From Bugula neritina (taxonomy: Eukaryota > Animalia > Bryozoa): a DNA stretch of 64,000 nucleotides. The notes under the pieces were generated by a model. It was not told the origin of the DNA. It did no database searches and saw only the letters and a program-made list of their open reading frames with translations. How positions within the stretch are numbered: the first letter of the stretch is position 1; each line of letters begins with the position of its first letter. The stretch spans positions 27,544,628 through 27,608,627 of the forward strand of contig OZ037767.1 in NCBI GenBank assembly GCA_964035545.1, written 5' to 3'. The translations under genes and the position numbers were made by a program. Positions 29,852 through 42,800 of the stretch are shown here, in pieces.

Positions 29852-30647
29852 TTAAGCCTTTAAACTTATACATGGTATTTCAGACCGTGCTAGGCTCTGT
29901 ATGCATTATTTATGTTTCGAAGAACTGTGTACAACACTGAATTATGAATTAGGCATTGAAACAAAATGATAAAAATAGACAGCAAATCTCCGTAGCTCTA
30001 TACACAATACAAAGGTTTGCGTAAGATAGGTCTTATTATAAAGCAGAATTCAGATAACAAACTAGAAATACGGATTACCTGCTACTTCATTCAGCTTGTT
30101 AGAATTATAATTACTTATTGTTTCACGTAAGTAATTCCTAAAAAACATAGTTTCAACTGTTTTATGGCTTGTGGTCTGTGGAGTGTATAAAATAAGCTTT
30201 ATGTTGAAAAAGCTTTCTTGTATATGTGACAGGATTTAAGCCCTCTTGACTGAAACTCACCTTGCAGTGTAAAGTGCACTCTTATTACCACCTGCACATT
30301 AATACACTGTTCACTTGAATGCAAAGACGTAGATATTTCTTTAGCTTAAATTAATGCTTTTTAGCTTTGAATTTGTAGCTTGGAAATGTATGATGACTCA
30401 TACTAGATCTAGTGCTGTTCCAAATACTGTCATTCTGCATTGACCTCTATAAAACTCGGCTCTTTGTTTACACTAAAATAAATGCTATGAAACCACTCTG
30501 CTAAGTAGTCTGTAAGTTTGGTAGTTCTAAAAGGGTCCCCATTATATTCAACTTTCATGTATGGTTTTCAAAATCTATACAAGGTCAACCCACACTTCAA
30601 AATAAGAAGCATACAATATAATAACAAAACTAAAAAAATCATCGTGC

Positions 30648-30790
30648 TGGGTGGCCTACCAACTCCGCAGGATAGGTGGTGGCCTACCAACTCTGCATGA
30701 TGGGTGGTGGCCTACCAACTCTGCATGATGGGTGGTGGCCTACCAACTCTGCATGATGGGTGGCCTACCAAATCAGCATGCTGGGTGGGC
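30648..30790. repeat. 28-bp minisatellite (GGGTGGTGGCCTACCAACTCTGCATGAT), about 5 copies
   Basis: Head-to-tail copies with no spacers. Confidence 0.9.
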
Positions 30791-32129
30791 CCCTTTTTAG
30801 TTACTAACTTTTTAATACATTTTCACTATAAACAAGAAGGTAGTAAGAGAATAAAATATGGTGAAGTTGAGCAACACATCTGAATAATATAGAATGCCAT
30901 GTAATAAATCATAGCTTCATTATTAGAAGCAACCATGTATAGGCTGTGATTAACTGGCATTATATTCCCCTTCAACAATACAATCAAGTGGTTTAAGCAA
31001 AGGCATGTCTCCCCCTCCCAATTTCAAGTTCCAGCTGTTGATTTATACAGTTCTGTTTTAGCAACCAGCTAAATAGTACCAAATACTTCAATTATTAACT
31101 ATAAAGTTTCAACACCGTATATACCATCACTAAAATTAATTTATTTTTAACTATTGTGACCAAATATTTAATTCAATTGTGTTTTATAATCAAGTTGTTA
31201 ATTTTTCAAGCTTTCTTTATAAAATATTGTGCAAAAAGGTTTCACTATAAAAAACAGTATGAAATTGTGTAAAATTTTATAAGACCAAAAGTGTTAAAAT
31301 TCAATTTCAATTAAAATCATGCTTCATACCTTGTTTTTTGTATTTTTATTCTTTTTGTAAGTTTACATTAGAATGCAAAGCTGGTTGTTCACAAAGATTG
31401 TGGAAATAAAAGCTTAAAAAATGTTCTATTTAAAATGTAAAGCAGACAGAATAGAATTTCTTATTCAGAAATGAGATATGAACACATCAATAATGCATAG
31501 GCTTGAACTCACTTTAAGTACCAGTTGCATGTCCAGTATTCTATTAATAAAGAGAATTGAATACAGCTAATCTAAGTTTGATATTAATAACAGCTTATTG
31601 TTCTGGAGCTTACAACAATCAGATAATTATAGTACGCTTTATGCAAATTTTGTGCGAAACAAGTTGAAACAAATTATGCATGTTAATTTCGCTTGTTTCA
31701 AAATGCAGTCAAGTAATTAAAAAACCAATTAGAATACTGGTTTTTCACACCGCAGCAAGTTTATTAGCAACAGACATAACCATTGATGAGTTGAAAGCCA
31801 ATACATAAATTGAAAATAACTCCTAAGAATTTTACTATAGACTCTAAGGCTATGCGAGATAGTTGTAGTTCAGTAGCCATTAGTCTGAGATCTCAAATAT
31901 TGAAGAAGTGTATTATTTAAAAGCAACTAGCATTGTTTTGAAACAGGATGGGTGACGAAGGATTAAAAACTGGAGAAGTTAAAGCTCAGAATCGTAGTTA
32001 AAATGATACTTTACCAGGTCATACATGACAAACGCTTGCTTCAAGAATAGTTGCCTAACTATAAAAGTTGTACTTACTAAGTTATAGGTATAGCAGACTA
32101 TAAAGTTAGATATGCATGTTGTAGAATGT

Positions 32130-32409
32130 AGGCTATAGAGTATACATACTATAAAATAGGCCTTATATACTTGTATATGTTATAAAATATAGAGTATACA
32201 TATTACATGGCATAGAGTATACATATTACATGATATAGAGTATACATATTACATAGTATAGAGTATACTTATTACATAGTATAGAACTATACATATTACA
32301 TAGTATAGAGTATACATATTACATGGTATAGAGTATACATATTACATAGTATAGAGTATACTTATTACATAGTATAGAACTATACATATTACATAGTATA
32401 GAGTATACA
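32130..32409. repeat. 22-bp minisatellite (TATAGAGTATACATATTACATAG-like), about 10-11 copies
   Basis: Tandem copies; variant units recur in a higher-order pattern. Confidence 0.9.
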
Positions 32410-33804
32410 CACCTCATTGAAACACTATCAGCCAATATACTAAGTGTTGGATAGTTTCTAGCATATGAGCCACTTTGTACGTGAAGCAACCTTTTCAAAT
32501 ACTACACGAGTAGTAATAAGAAAAAGTTATATTTCATTATCTTGTAAACACAGCTTGATGTTAATTAGTCTATAGCCCCAGTGTGTTTAGCTGTCTGCAG
32601 TACTCTACTGATGCCGTTTCAAGGCAGCTCTTTTGTTAATAATTAACTCTAAATTAGACTACATTCATATATAATGCTGCTTGACTTTGTTTTTATTAGA
32701 GTCAAGACAAAGCTCAGTGATGCTATAACAGCTATTAGCAGAAGGGAAACAAAATATTGAAGATTTGGTTTCACATTGAAAAAATAATTAAAGCTAATTA
32801 CACAAAGCATATAAATGTTGTTTAATTACTGTATTGATCATAAACGCCGAAATGTTGATAGTGTATAAAGCCCACTCAATCAAAACAAGGTTATAGAAAA
32901 ACAGTATCAAAGGGCAGACTGCTGAATGTTGATAAAACATGAGAAGTAGGATAAGCTATTGAGCAGTATACACAGCAATGGAGACTAAACAAGGCAGTCA
33001 AACTAAATTATAGCATTTTTTGTTTGTTTTAAAACACAAAAGTGCAGTCAGCATACAAGCCATAGTGACTCAGTCTATTTGTGTATGAAGTAACAATGAT
33101 TGTTGAATGAAAAAATATCTAACAAACATATTGGGTGTAAATTTACAATAAGCCTAATTGGTAACCTATTTATAAGATATAAGACTTTACTAAACTGCAG
33201 CCTTTATAAATATAGAGATATTTTATAACAAGTGAGTCTTGTGTCAGCACGGATGCTGTTTGGCACGGATGCCCATGTATTGTAATTCACTTAATGAAGG
33301 GTGAATGGATGGAGGACACAGATGCAGGCCACAACTCCATTTTTTGTCTATTGCCAACAGTATATTTGAACTCAGACTCACACTTGAACTCAAACTCAAA
33401 CTCATACTTTACTCGTATTTTACTGTAACCTATAACCATGAAAATTACAAAACACATTGTTAACTTAACATTAATTACATAGCTGACAAAACATTTAGTT
33501 AATGAAGTTCAAAACAAAAGATAATATAATATTTGATACTCACAATTATTTTGACAATTAAGTATAGATTGCCTGCATCTTTAGCAGGAGGAAAACTGAG
33601 CTACACTGACTCATCAACCAAAAACTGTCAGTAAATAGCTATCGCGAAAGCTTTCACAAATAGCTTTCGTTACACAATGGTTTTTGGAAAGCTGCCAAAA
33701 AGCTACTGAAATAAGTCTCAAATGATGTTTCTAAATTATATGTAAATTACTTTTAATGCAACTATAACAATCATAAAATCTACTCAGTTGTAGTTGTCGT
33801 TGTG

Positions 33805-33955
33805 TACTACAGCTGAAGTTGCTCTTAAGTGCTACCTGTTCTAATATACTACAGTTTCAGTTATTCTTAGTACTACAGCTGTAGTTGCTCCTAAGTGCTA
33901 CCTGTTCTAATATACTACAGTTTCAGTTATTTTTAGTACTACAGCTGTAGTTGTT
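33805..33955. repeat. 66-bp tandem duplication, about 2.3 copies
   Basis: TACTACAGCTG(A/T)AGTTGCTC(T/C)TAAGTGCTACCTGTTCTAATATACTACAGTTTCAGTTATT repeated. Confidence 0.85.
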
Positions 33956-34324
33956 TCTATGTTCCTGTAGGTTTTGGGGTCTGAATTTGGCTGCATTTTG
34001 AAATTTGGCTGCATGTTGAGACACAAACTTTGAAGGTTCCAGAATAACCGATCTCGAAGTACCTTCCACCCAGTTCGATAAGTGGAGCAGCAGGAAGTGA
34101 TGTAAGAAGAGGATCTAAGATTAATTTAGCTAAACTGGCCATATATTAATAAGTAAGCTGATACAGCTAATAACTTTGCTCAACATAAATGTCGGATAAA
34201 CTGAGTTAAGTAGATATTATTTTTACAAAGCATTCTTGAAATGCTAGTTATGGTGATAAGTTATTGATAGGTATTGAGCTTGACTATCAAACTATTAGAG
34301 AGTAGGCTATTATTAGGGCTACTG

Positions 34325-35657
<1,333 letters not shown>

Positions 35658-36858
35658 TATTCGAATGACCAACAGCTCCAAGTGTTTCCAAAAAAATCTA
35701 AACACCCAAGACTATAATAATTATAATGTTTGTATACATGCAGTACTATAGTATGATAAGAACATTAGAGGGGATATTAAAGGGTGGGAGGAGAACAATG
35801 AAGGGGAAAGAGAACATTAAGGAAGGGATTATCTAAAGGAAAGGTGGTCTTTGAGATAATCTGGGATTACTGCTCAGTTTGTCACTTCATATGCTTCATT
35901 CTCTTAGAGAGTTTCTTATATCAAGACAATTCCTAGATCCAGTTTTAGTGTATTATAGATATGTAACCTATTATAACTATTCTGATTTATTGTGCTATAA
36001 GTTCTCCATTAAATTCGAAACAGAATGACACATTATACTAAATAAAAATGTAAAGGCACATTCATAATTTATAATATCTAAGTGAATGCTTTCTTCAAAT
36101 GCACAATAACATCCTAAGCCTGTTATCACATAAAAAAGTTATTTTTTTAAATTTTCTGTTGAATTTACCACAATGCAACAGCATTGGCTAGATATAATTT
36201 GAACGATAGAAGTTTCTAATGCTCCTTATAGAGCTTAGATGGAGGTAAAAGAATATGATATTTATACATTGTAGATAGACAGTAACTTATAATTATTTCA
36301 AAATGTCTTAGCTTTTTAACACTAGCTCAGCATCGAATTAATAGTTTTACTCTTGTGCAACAAAAATGTTTACTTTTTTTCATTTGATTTTCATCTCAAT
36401 TGAACACCTTCTTCTTTGTTAATCAATAACACATCAATTTTTTTAAACCAGAAAGTTTCTTGGAAATGTATTGTTTTGGAATATCTGATTGTACATTAAA
36501 TATTTGTTTATAATAAAATATTATATCAAAATAAATATTATGAAGACGCAAAAGATTCTTTTCAACAATTATATTGATATAGAACCATAATAATTAATAA
36601 ATAATTCATAAATAAATTAATTGGATGGAATACTTTTTTAAGAACTCTGTAGCAGTCATCTGGTTAAAGTAATAACTTTTAGGCTATCATAACAAGTTAG
36701 GTAAGAAGTCAAGCTTGTCCCTATGATAACTGACTTATAATGCGGCCAAGTTCAAGATCATAATAAAAGTGGGCAGACAACTACTGTGTCAATAACTATT
36801 CTTTGTCACCAGACTTGCTATGTACACTGCATCTCCTCTGCTCTACGACAAGCACCTG

Positions 36859-39800
36859 TCAGTTATCTGGAGGGGCTGTCACTGAAGAAGGTTCCCCCAC
36901 TACATCACTTTGTCGACTTTCTGCGACAGAGTTTGTAGGCTTTTCTAGGTCTTCAACAGTAATATCACTAGGTTCAGGAGGGCGGGACACTATGAGCCCC
37001 CGTAGTAACACTTGATAGTTCTCTGCTATTTCACACTTTACTGTAACTATGATGGAGGCTTCTATAGGTTCATCAGGCTAAAGTCAAGAGAAGATAAATC
37101 TCATCAGACGAACTTCTCTTTTATTATATTTGAAAGCAGTTTGACAGCATTAAAATATAAAAATAAAATGTAAAATATAAATTTCTATTTTCATCTACAT
37201 GACAATTCTTCAACAAAAGTTCGTTAAAATAATTTCTTTATGAGATACTATTTGGTTTTTGCAAGTGAATAAACAATATTGAATGTTGCAGAGTTGGCAT
37301 TTGATTACAAAAACCAGTAATTTGATAAATCTCTTTATAATATATAGAACTAGACATTCTAGTGTTTAGACAATCTCAATGTTAAAACATATGACACTAC
37401 ATGCAGGTGGAAAGAATGTATGGAAACTGTATGGAGAAAAAATTCTTCAAGTGAAACCTGCTTATTTTTCAACCAAAAAACAATTTATATACTTTCACTA
37501 TAATAGAAACACAGTAAAATTAATTTACTAGGTTTTAAGTCTATGCATGGAATAAAATTTATGACTTTATAATTAAAACATTCAATTAAATTAGATACAT
37601 ACATTATGAGTTTCAGGTGGTGTCCAAGTAATAGCAACGTTCTTCTTAGTTCCAGCCTCCAAATAGGCCTTAGGTTCTGATACAGTGAAGCCTTTGGCAT
37701 TTATGATGTTCATATTTTCAAAAGCATATTCACCATTCTACAAATATGATAACTGTGTCTGTCACTTGATAGCAAGATATGAACTGGTTGAAATGTTCCA
37801 AGAATTTGTCTAACAACATTTTCTAATAATCACTTTAACGAAAGCTATGGAAATGAATTAGATCATATAATAGAATCATATAAATCAGACTCTCAATTGA
37901 AGAGATTTATTTAAGTTTGATTAAATCGATTTACATGAGTCAACAAGATTTAGGAATCAAGGTGTAAGTGACAGTAGGAAGGTCTACTACTACAGATAGA
38001 TGGTAATATGAATATTTTTATAATACGAATTTGGTAATAGCAGCCATACAAATGACAACATTTATGTCAGCACATTGGCCTGGGTAACTTAGATAAATCA
38101 CAGAACTAAAATGGGAGCGTTACCTCTTGCTAGATCAAAGTAATATCATAATATATAAGTGGAGATAATAAATGCAATACTAGGCCTTGTGCTTTACAAT
38201 AGTTGATGGGTGATCACATTTAATTTCTAACTTAATGAAACTATTTTAAATTTTTTCAGGCAAGCTAGGTTACTTGCACAAAAGTGTGAGAAGTATACAT
38301 ACAAGAATAGACAAGTCTGGGCTAGCCCAGCCAAAATGAGCTTCTGGTTTGAAAAAATTGCTTATCAACCAATAACAAAAGAGTGTGCTGCAAATTACAA
38401 GATAAAAAATAGCACCCAAATTGGCATAAAGACAGAACAATTAAATTATTTTTTTGTGAACATAGAACTAATACATTGTGCAAAATAAAAAGCTTCAACT
38501 GAATAAAAGAAAGTTTTTAAATAAAAAAGTTGCATTGCTATAAAATAAAAATAACATGTTTAAGCTTTAAACTCAAATACAAGTTTTAGATCTGTATTTC
38601 ACAAAAGGTAAGAAAACAACTTAAAGAAACTTTAACTTTGTAAACAATAACTTAGAAAATATCCTCTCTTAGTCATGTTACCTTTTTCTGTGAAAAATAT
38701 AACATAAACAGCGTCAAAACAATATGTTCCTATATCTGAATTTGGTGGTCAACATTTGTTCATTCCAACAATGACTCTTTCCACATACACATTAAACTAT
38801 GATATCAAATGATAATAATTAAAACAAATAAACAAAAAAAACTATCAAAATTAATTTATAAGTCAGCTAAATGCTATAAATAAACAAATCAACAAAGTTT
38901 ACCTTTTTCTAAAAAAAGAAAGCAGTAAATATTAAAATTGATATTAAAAATAATCAACTCGGAACTAGTATAGTGTAAATTTATTTCAGCTCACATATTT
39001 ACTTGCATGATCAAATAGTGAGTGTGAAAAATTGAATGTCTGTCTATTGTTGGAAAATGATAGCAGCAAAAGTCATAACATACTTCAACAACGCTAATTA
39101 GCAGTAAACCTACACAACAAAACCACCACCATTATTTGCTGCCAATTATCATATTACAAGATAAAATATGTAATTCCATGTAATTATCATATAGGTAATA
39201 TAAAATAAAGAAAGTTTAAAAAATACCTTCTTCTGACTGACAGCCATAGTTCTGACACAGCCAATAATAAGATCAGTGGAGGCGGTAGAGAAGACCCCGT
39301 CCCTTGCCACACTGTAGAACATAAGCAGCACCGTGCCAGCTAAAGGCTTAGTATCTACAAAAGCATAACACATCTTATATAGTAACATTTTCTACTACGC
39401 AGAAGCAAACGGCACAGCATTTTGATGATGCAACAGGAAATGAGCTGAGAGGTCGGTACTATACACTAGCCTTAACTCATGATTGCATCTAAAAGTCATA
39501 ATACAGGGCGGAGGGTCTCAATTGAACACAGCATGATCAGGATATATAAGTAAATCGCATATTATTTAGATGCAAAGCTATAGTAACGCAAAACTAATTT
39601 ACAAAATATTGTTAGCAGAGAATATTATAAAACCAAGTTGAGAAAACCTTGAGGTTAAAGATGTTTTTGGTAGCCATTATAAAATATGTAGTTTTAAGAA
39701 AAGGGAAAAAAAGAAAACAACGTTGATCTCAGTGACTGCATCCGTAACTAGCATTGTTATATCTACAATAGTTGTATTGGGACAGGTACCGGTATTAGGA

Positions 39801-42800
39801 TGTTTATTGGAAGCGATCGGAAGTAATCGGAAGGAGAAGACAATTACTGGAAGTGTTATGTCTCGCACAAAAGGCGCCTACTGTGTCCCCATTTTTGGTT
39901 ATTTACTGAAAGAACCATTAGATTAGAAAGAAGAAAATCACAACTTTTTAGCAAGTTTATGTCACTTATTTTCACAAGTCACTAAGTGTTTAGTGAAATT
40001 GTGAAAACAGTTTTGTTTAGCAAATTATCTGTTCAGACAAATTTATGTAACCAAAAATCGTGACGGTATAGACGACATCTGTGCCAGGAATTACATTGAA
40101 AGCATGGAAAGAAGAAATCTGACTGGCCAATATAAAGACACACTCGACGAGTTGAGAAAAAGGACTCTAATGTAAACATTGATATTATTTTTATATTTCA
40201 TTACAGCCCATGTTACCTAAACATACCTTGAAAGTTTTGCAAACGCTCTAAAAATATCAAACATCTTACAAAATTAAGTAGAACAGCATTTAAGTACGAC
40301 TCAATTAGCAATTCTATTGGTTATTGGCTCCTTAAGTTGAAACTGGGCAAATATTTAGTTTTTTAGTGACTTAATAAACATGTTGCAAAAAGATCAACTG
40401 GTGAGTAGTTAAGATTACAATAAATGTAACAGAAATCCACTAAACAGGATTGTGAACATATCAATAATAATTTAACAGATTTTATACCTTCATCGGGCTC
40501 TAGAGTAACCATTGGAAGAAGAGATTCAACGCTAGGGTGCATTAACCGGCCCCCAGTGACATACATAATGTGTTCCTTCGCCTGACCAGCCACTTGGAAT
40601 GAATACGCCTCCTCCATATTAAATAGTTCCACGTGAACACCGTCAGAGTAATAGTCACTGGCATGGTCAGGTGCAAAGGTCAAGGTGATTTCTTGGGATC
40701 CACCTATAGCAGCAAAATTATAATCTCTTTTAGTTACCTGAGAGTAGAGTTATATAAAACTCACGCAAGTTTATAGTCGCTATCCCTGAACGGGCTAAGG
40801 ACTTGTTCAAATGAGGCACAGGAGCAATTATGACTGGATGCTCTTCCTAACATCACCAATGGCCTTTGTCGGGGTTTGAACCCACAACTTCGTGTTCACA
40901 AAGCGAACGCTCCAACCCCTGAGAGTAGAGTTATATGATTCTAGTAAATGAAAAAGTTTTTTTAAATACTCAACATAGATTTATAGTTGCAAAAACCAAA
41001 ACATTTGTGTGGTAGATTGTAGCTATGATTTATTATATTTGTTTATAGTTGTTTACAGAATTTTACTAATTTATTTCATTTACCAGAAAAACAAGTAAAG
41101 TTCTATTCTGGCAATCAGCTTTAGATCAGTATTGATTAGTTTGCTTCAAAGTTTTAGTTTCAAGTTTAGGTTTTAAAAAAGTGGCACCAAAATTATTGTA
41201 AACGACAGCACACAAATAATTAACAAGTAAAGCAAATATGCTTTTCTGACAAAAATTACAGTAACGCCATATAAATGCTAACAAACCACCATAATAAGTT
41301 ATATATCATTAAAAACTAAAGCTTATCAAGTAGCATAAATTCAATACATACCTCCGGGAATCGTGCCAGCAAAAGGTACGCAGTCGAACACACACTTGCC
41401 ATTGTTATTCTGCACGCCAATAACATGCGAGGGTTGGCCAGTGGCTGTTACAAAGTCGGGCAGCTCTTGCATGTTCTTATATCTCAAGGGACTAAGGCTA
41501 TCAAACTTAATACTGTAGTCTACGGAGAGGCTTGATGTGTTCTTTATCTGTTAAAAGTAACAAGTACTACTTTCATCATCGCAAAAGTACAAAATTTATT
41601 TAGAATTGATGCATCTTGTTTGAAAGTCAACCATTGCGTATTACCAAGTGGATATTTTACCTTAAACGTTCTCTCAATATATTCATTAACAAGAACAGCA
41701 CCCATATCAAACACTTCATTCTCCAGGTTTAGTTGGATTGTGGGGTTGACACCCCGTCCCAATAAGTTAACGTGTAAAGTAGACTCAGGTCCATAAATGT
41801 GTAGAGTTTCTTGAAACTGAAAAAGCATTAGGTATAACTTTAACAAGCTCACCTGTAGTGTTTACATATGATAATGACAAACATTTGATTTAAAAAAAAT
41901 TTGTAACATAAACATAACATGACATTATATTGTTCCAATAACATCTTATTGGAACAATAAGACCTCTACTTTTTCTATCTATAGAAAAAGTAGAGGTCTT
42001 ATTTCTTATTTGATTAGCTGATGTATTAAAAAAAGAGTTAATCACAACTTCAGACAACAATTATTTAGAATGAATATAACAGGAAAAGTGCTGAGAAACT
42101 TATTGCAAAGATGAGTTTTATAGCTGGAAATAAAAAACTGTATGTATATTTAAAAGACAGACATTAACAAAAGCGTAAATGAAGCAGAAGGGTAAAAATA
42201 ATGTAGTTATTAAAATACACAGAGGAAATTTTTTCCAATAAAATTGCTCATAACTATTTAATAGATCTCTCAAGAAGGGCACAAATTTAACATTTCCCAG
42301 TTTTGTCTTGTAGATGCATTCAAGTAACAACACATGTGTATAACAACAGCTTTGTTGAGCAGCTTGTAGTTTTTAGAAACATGAGAAAAGTTGGCTGAGA
42401 AAAAAATGACGTGTTATGAAAAATTGTTTGCAGTTGGAGTTGAGAAAAGGTTAGAAAGGTTCACAGTTACATGATGTAAAATAATGAATACCCAACCTGA
42501 ACCTAGAAACACAATAGAATAAAATTAATTCAAATTAAAGTTAATGCATTGTATTATTTCTATAACTTGTGTATTTTCTACAGCTATGAATTATACAATT
42601 AGAGCGCATTTTGCACCATTTGCTACAAAACAAACTCTGTTCTTGAAGACGTAATAAAAATAGAGATTATTGAAATAAGAAATGTAATCACTTAGGGAAA
42701 CATTTAGACATTATTGTGATACAACAACACATGATACTTGCTGTATAGAGAAATAGAGAGAAGACAACAATCAAAACATAACAATATAAAGAGTAACAAG

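Noticed and set aside
30648-30790. 28-bp repeats of CRISPR-like length
   Set aside because: Head-to-tail with no unique spacers, no cas genes, eukaryotic context; it is a minisatellite.
39656-40170. TTAA-AGATG start and CpG-rich stretch suggesting a second Kolobok-like element
   Set aside because: No matching inverted terminus with TTAA found; possibly a transposon fragment but not supportable.
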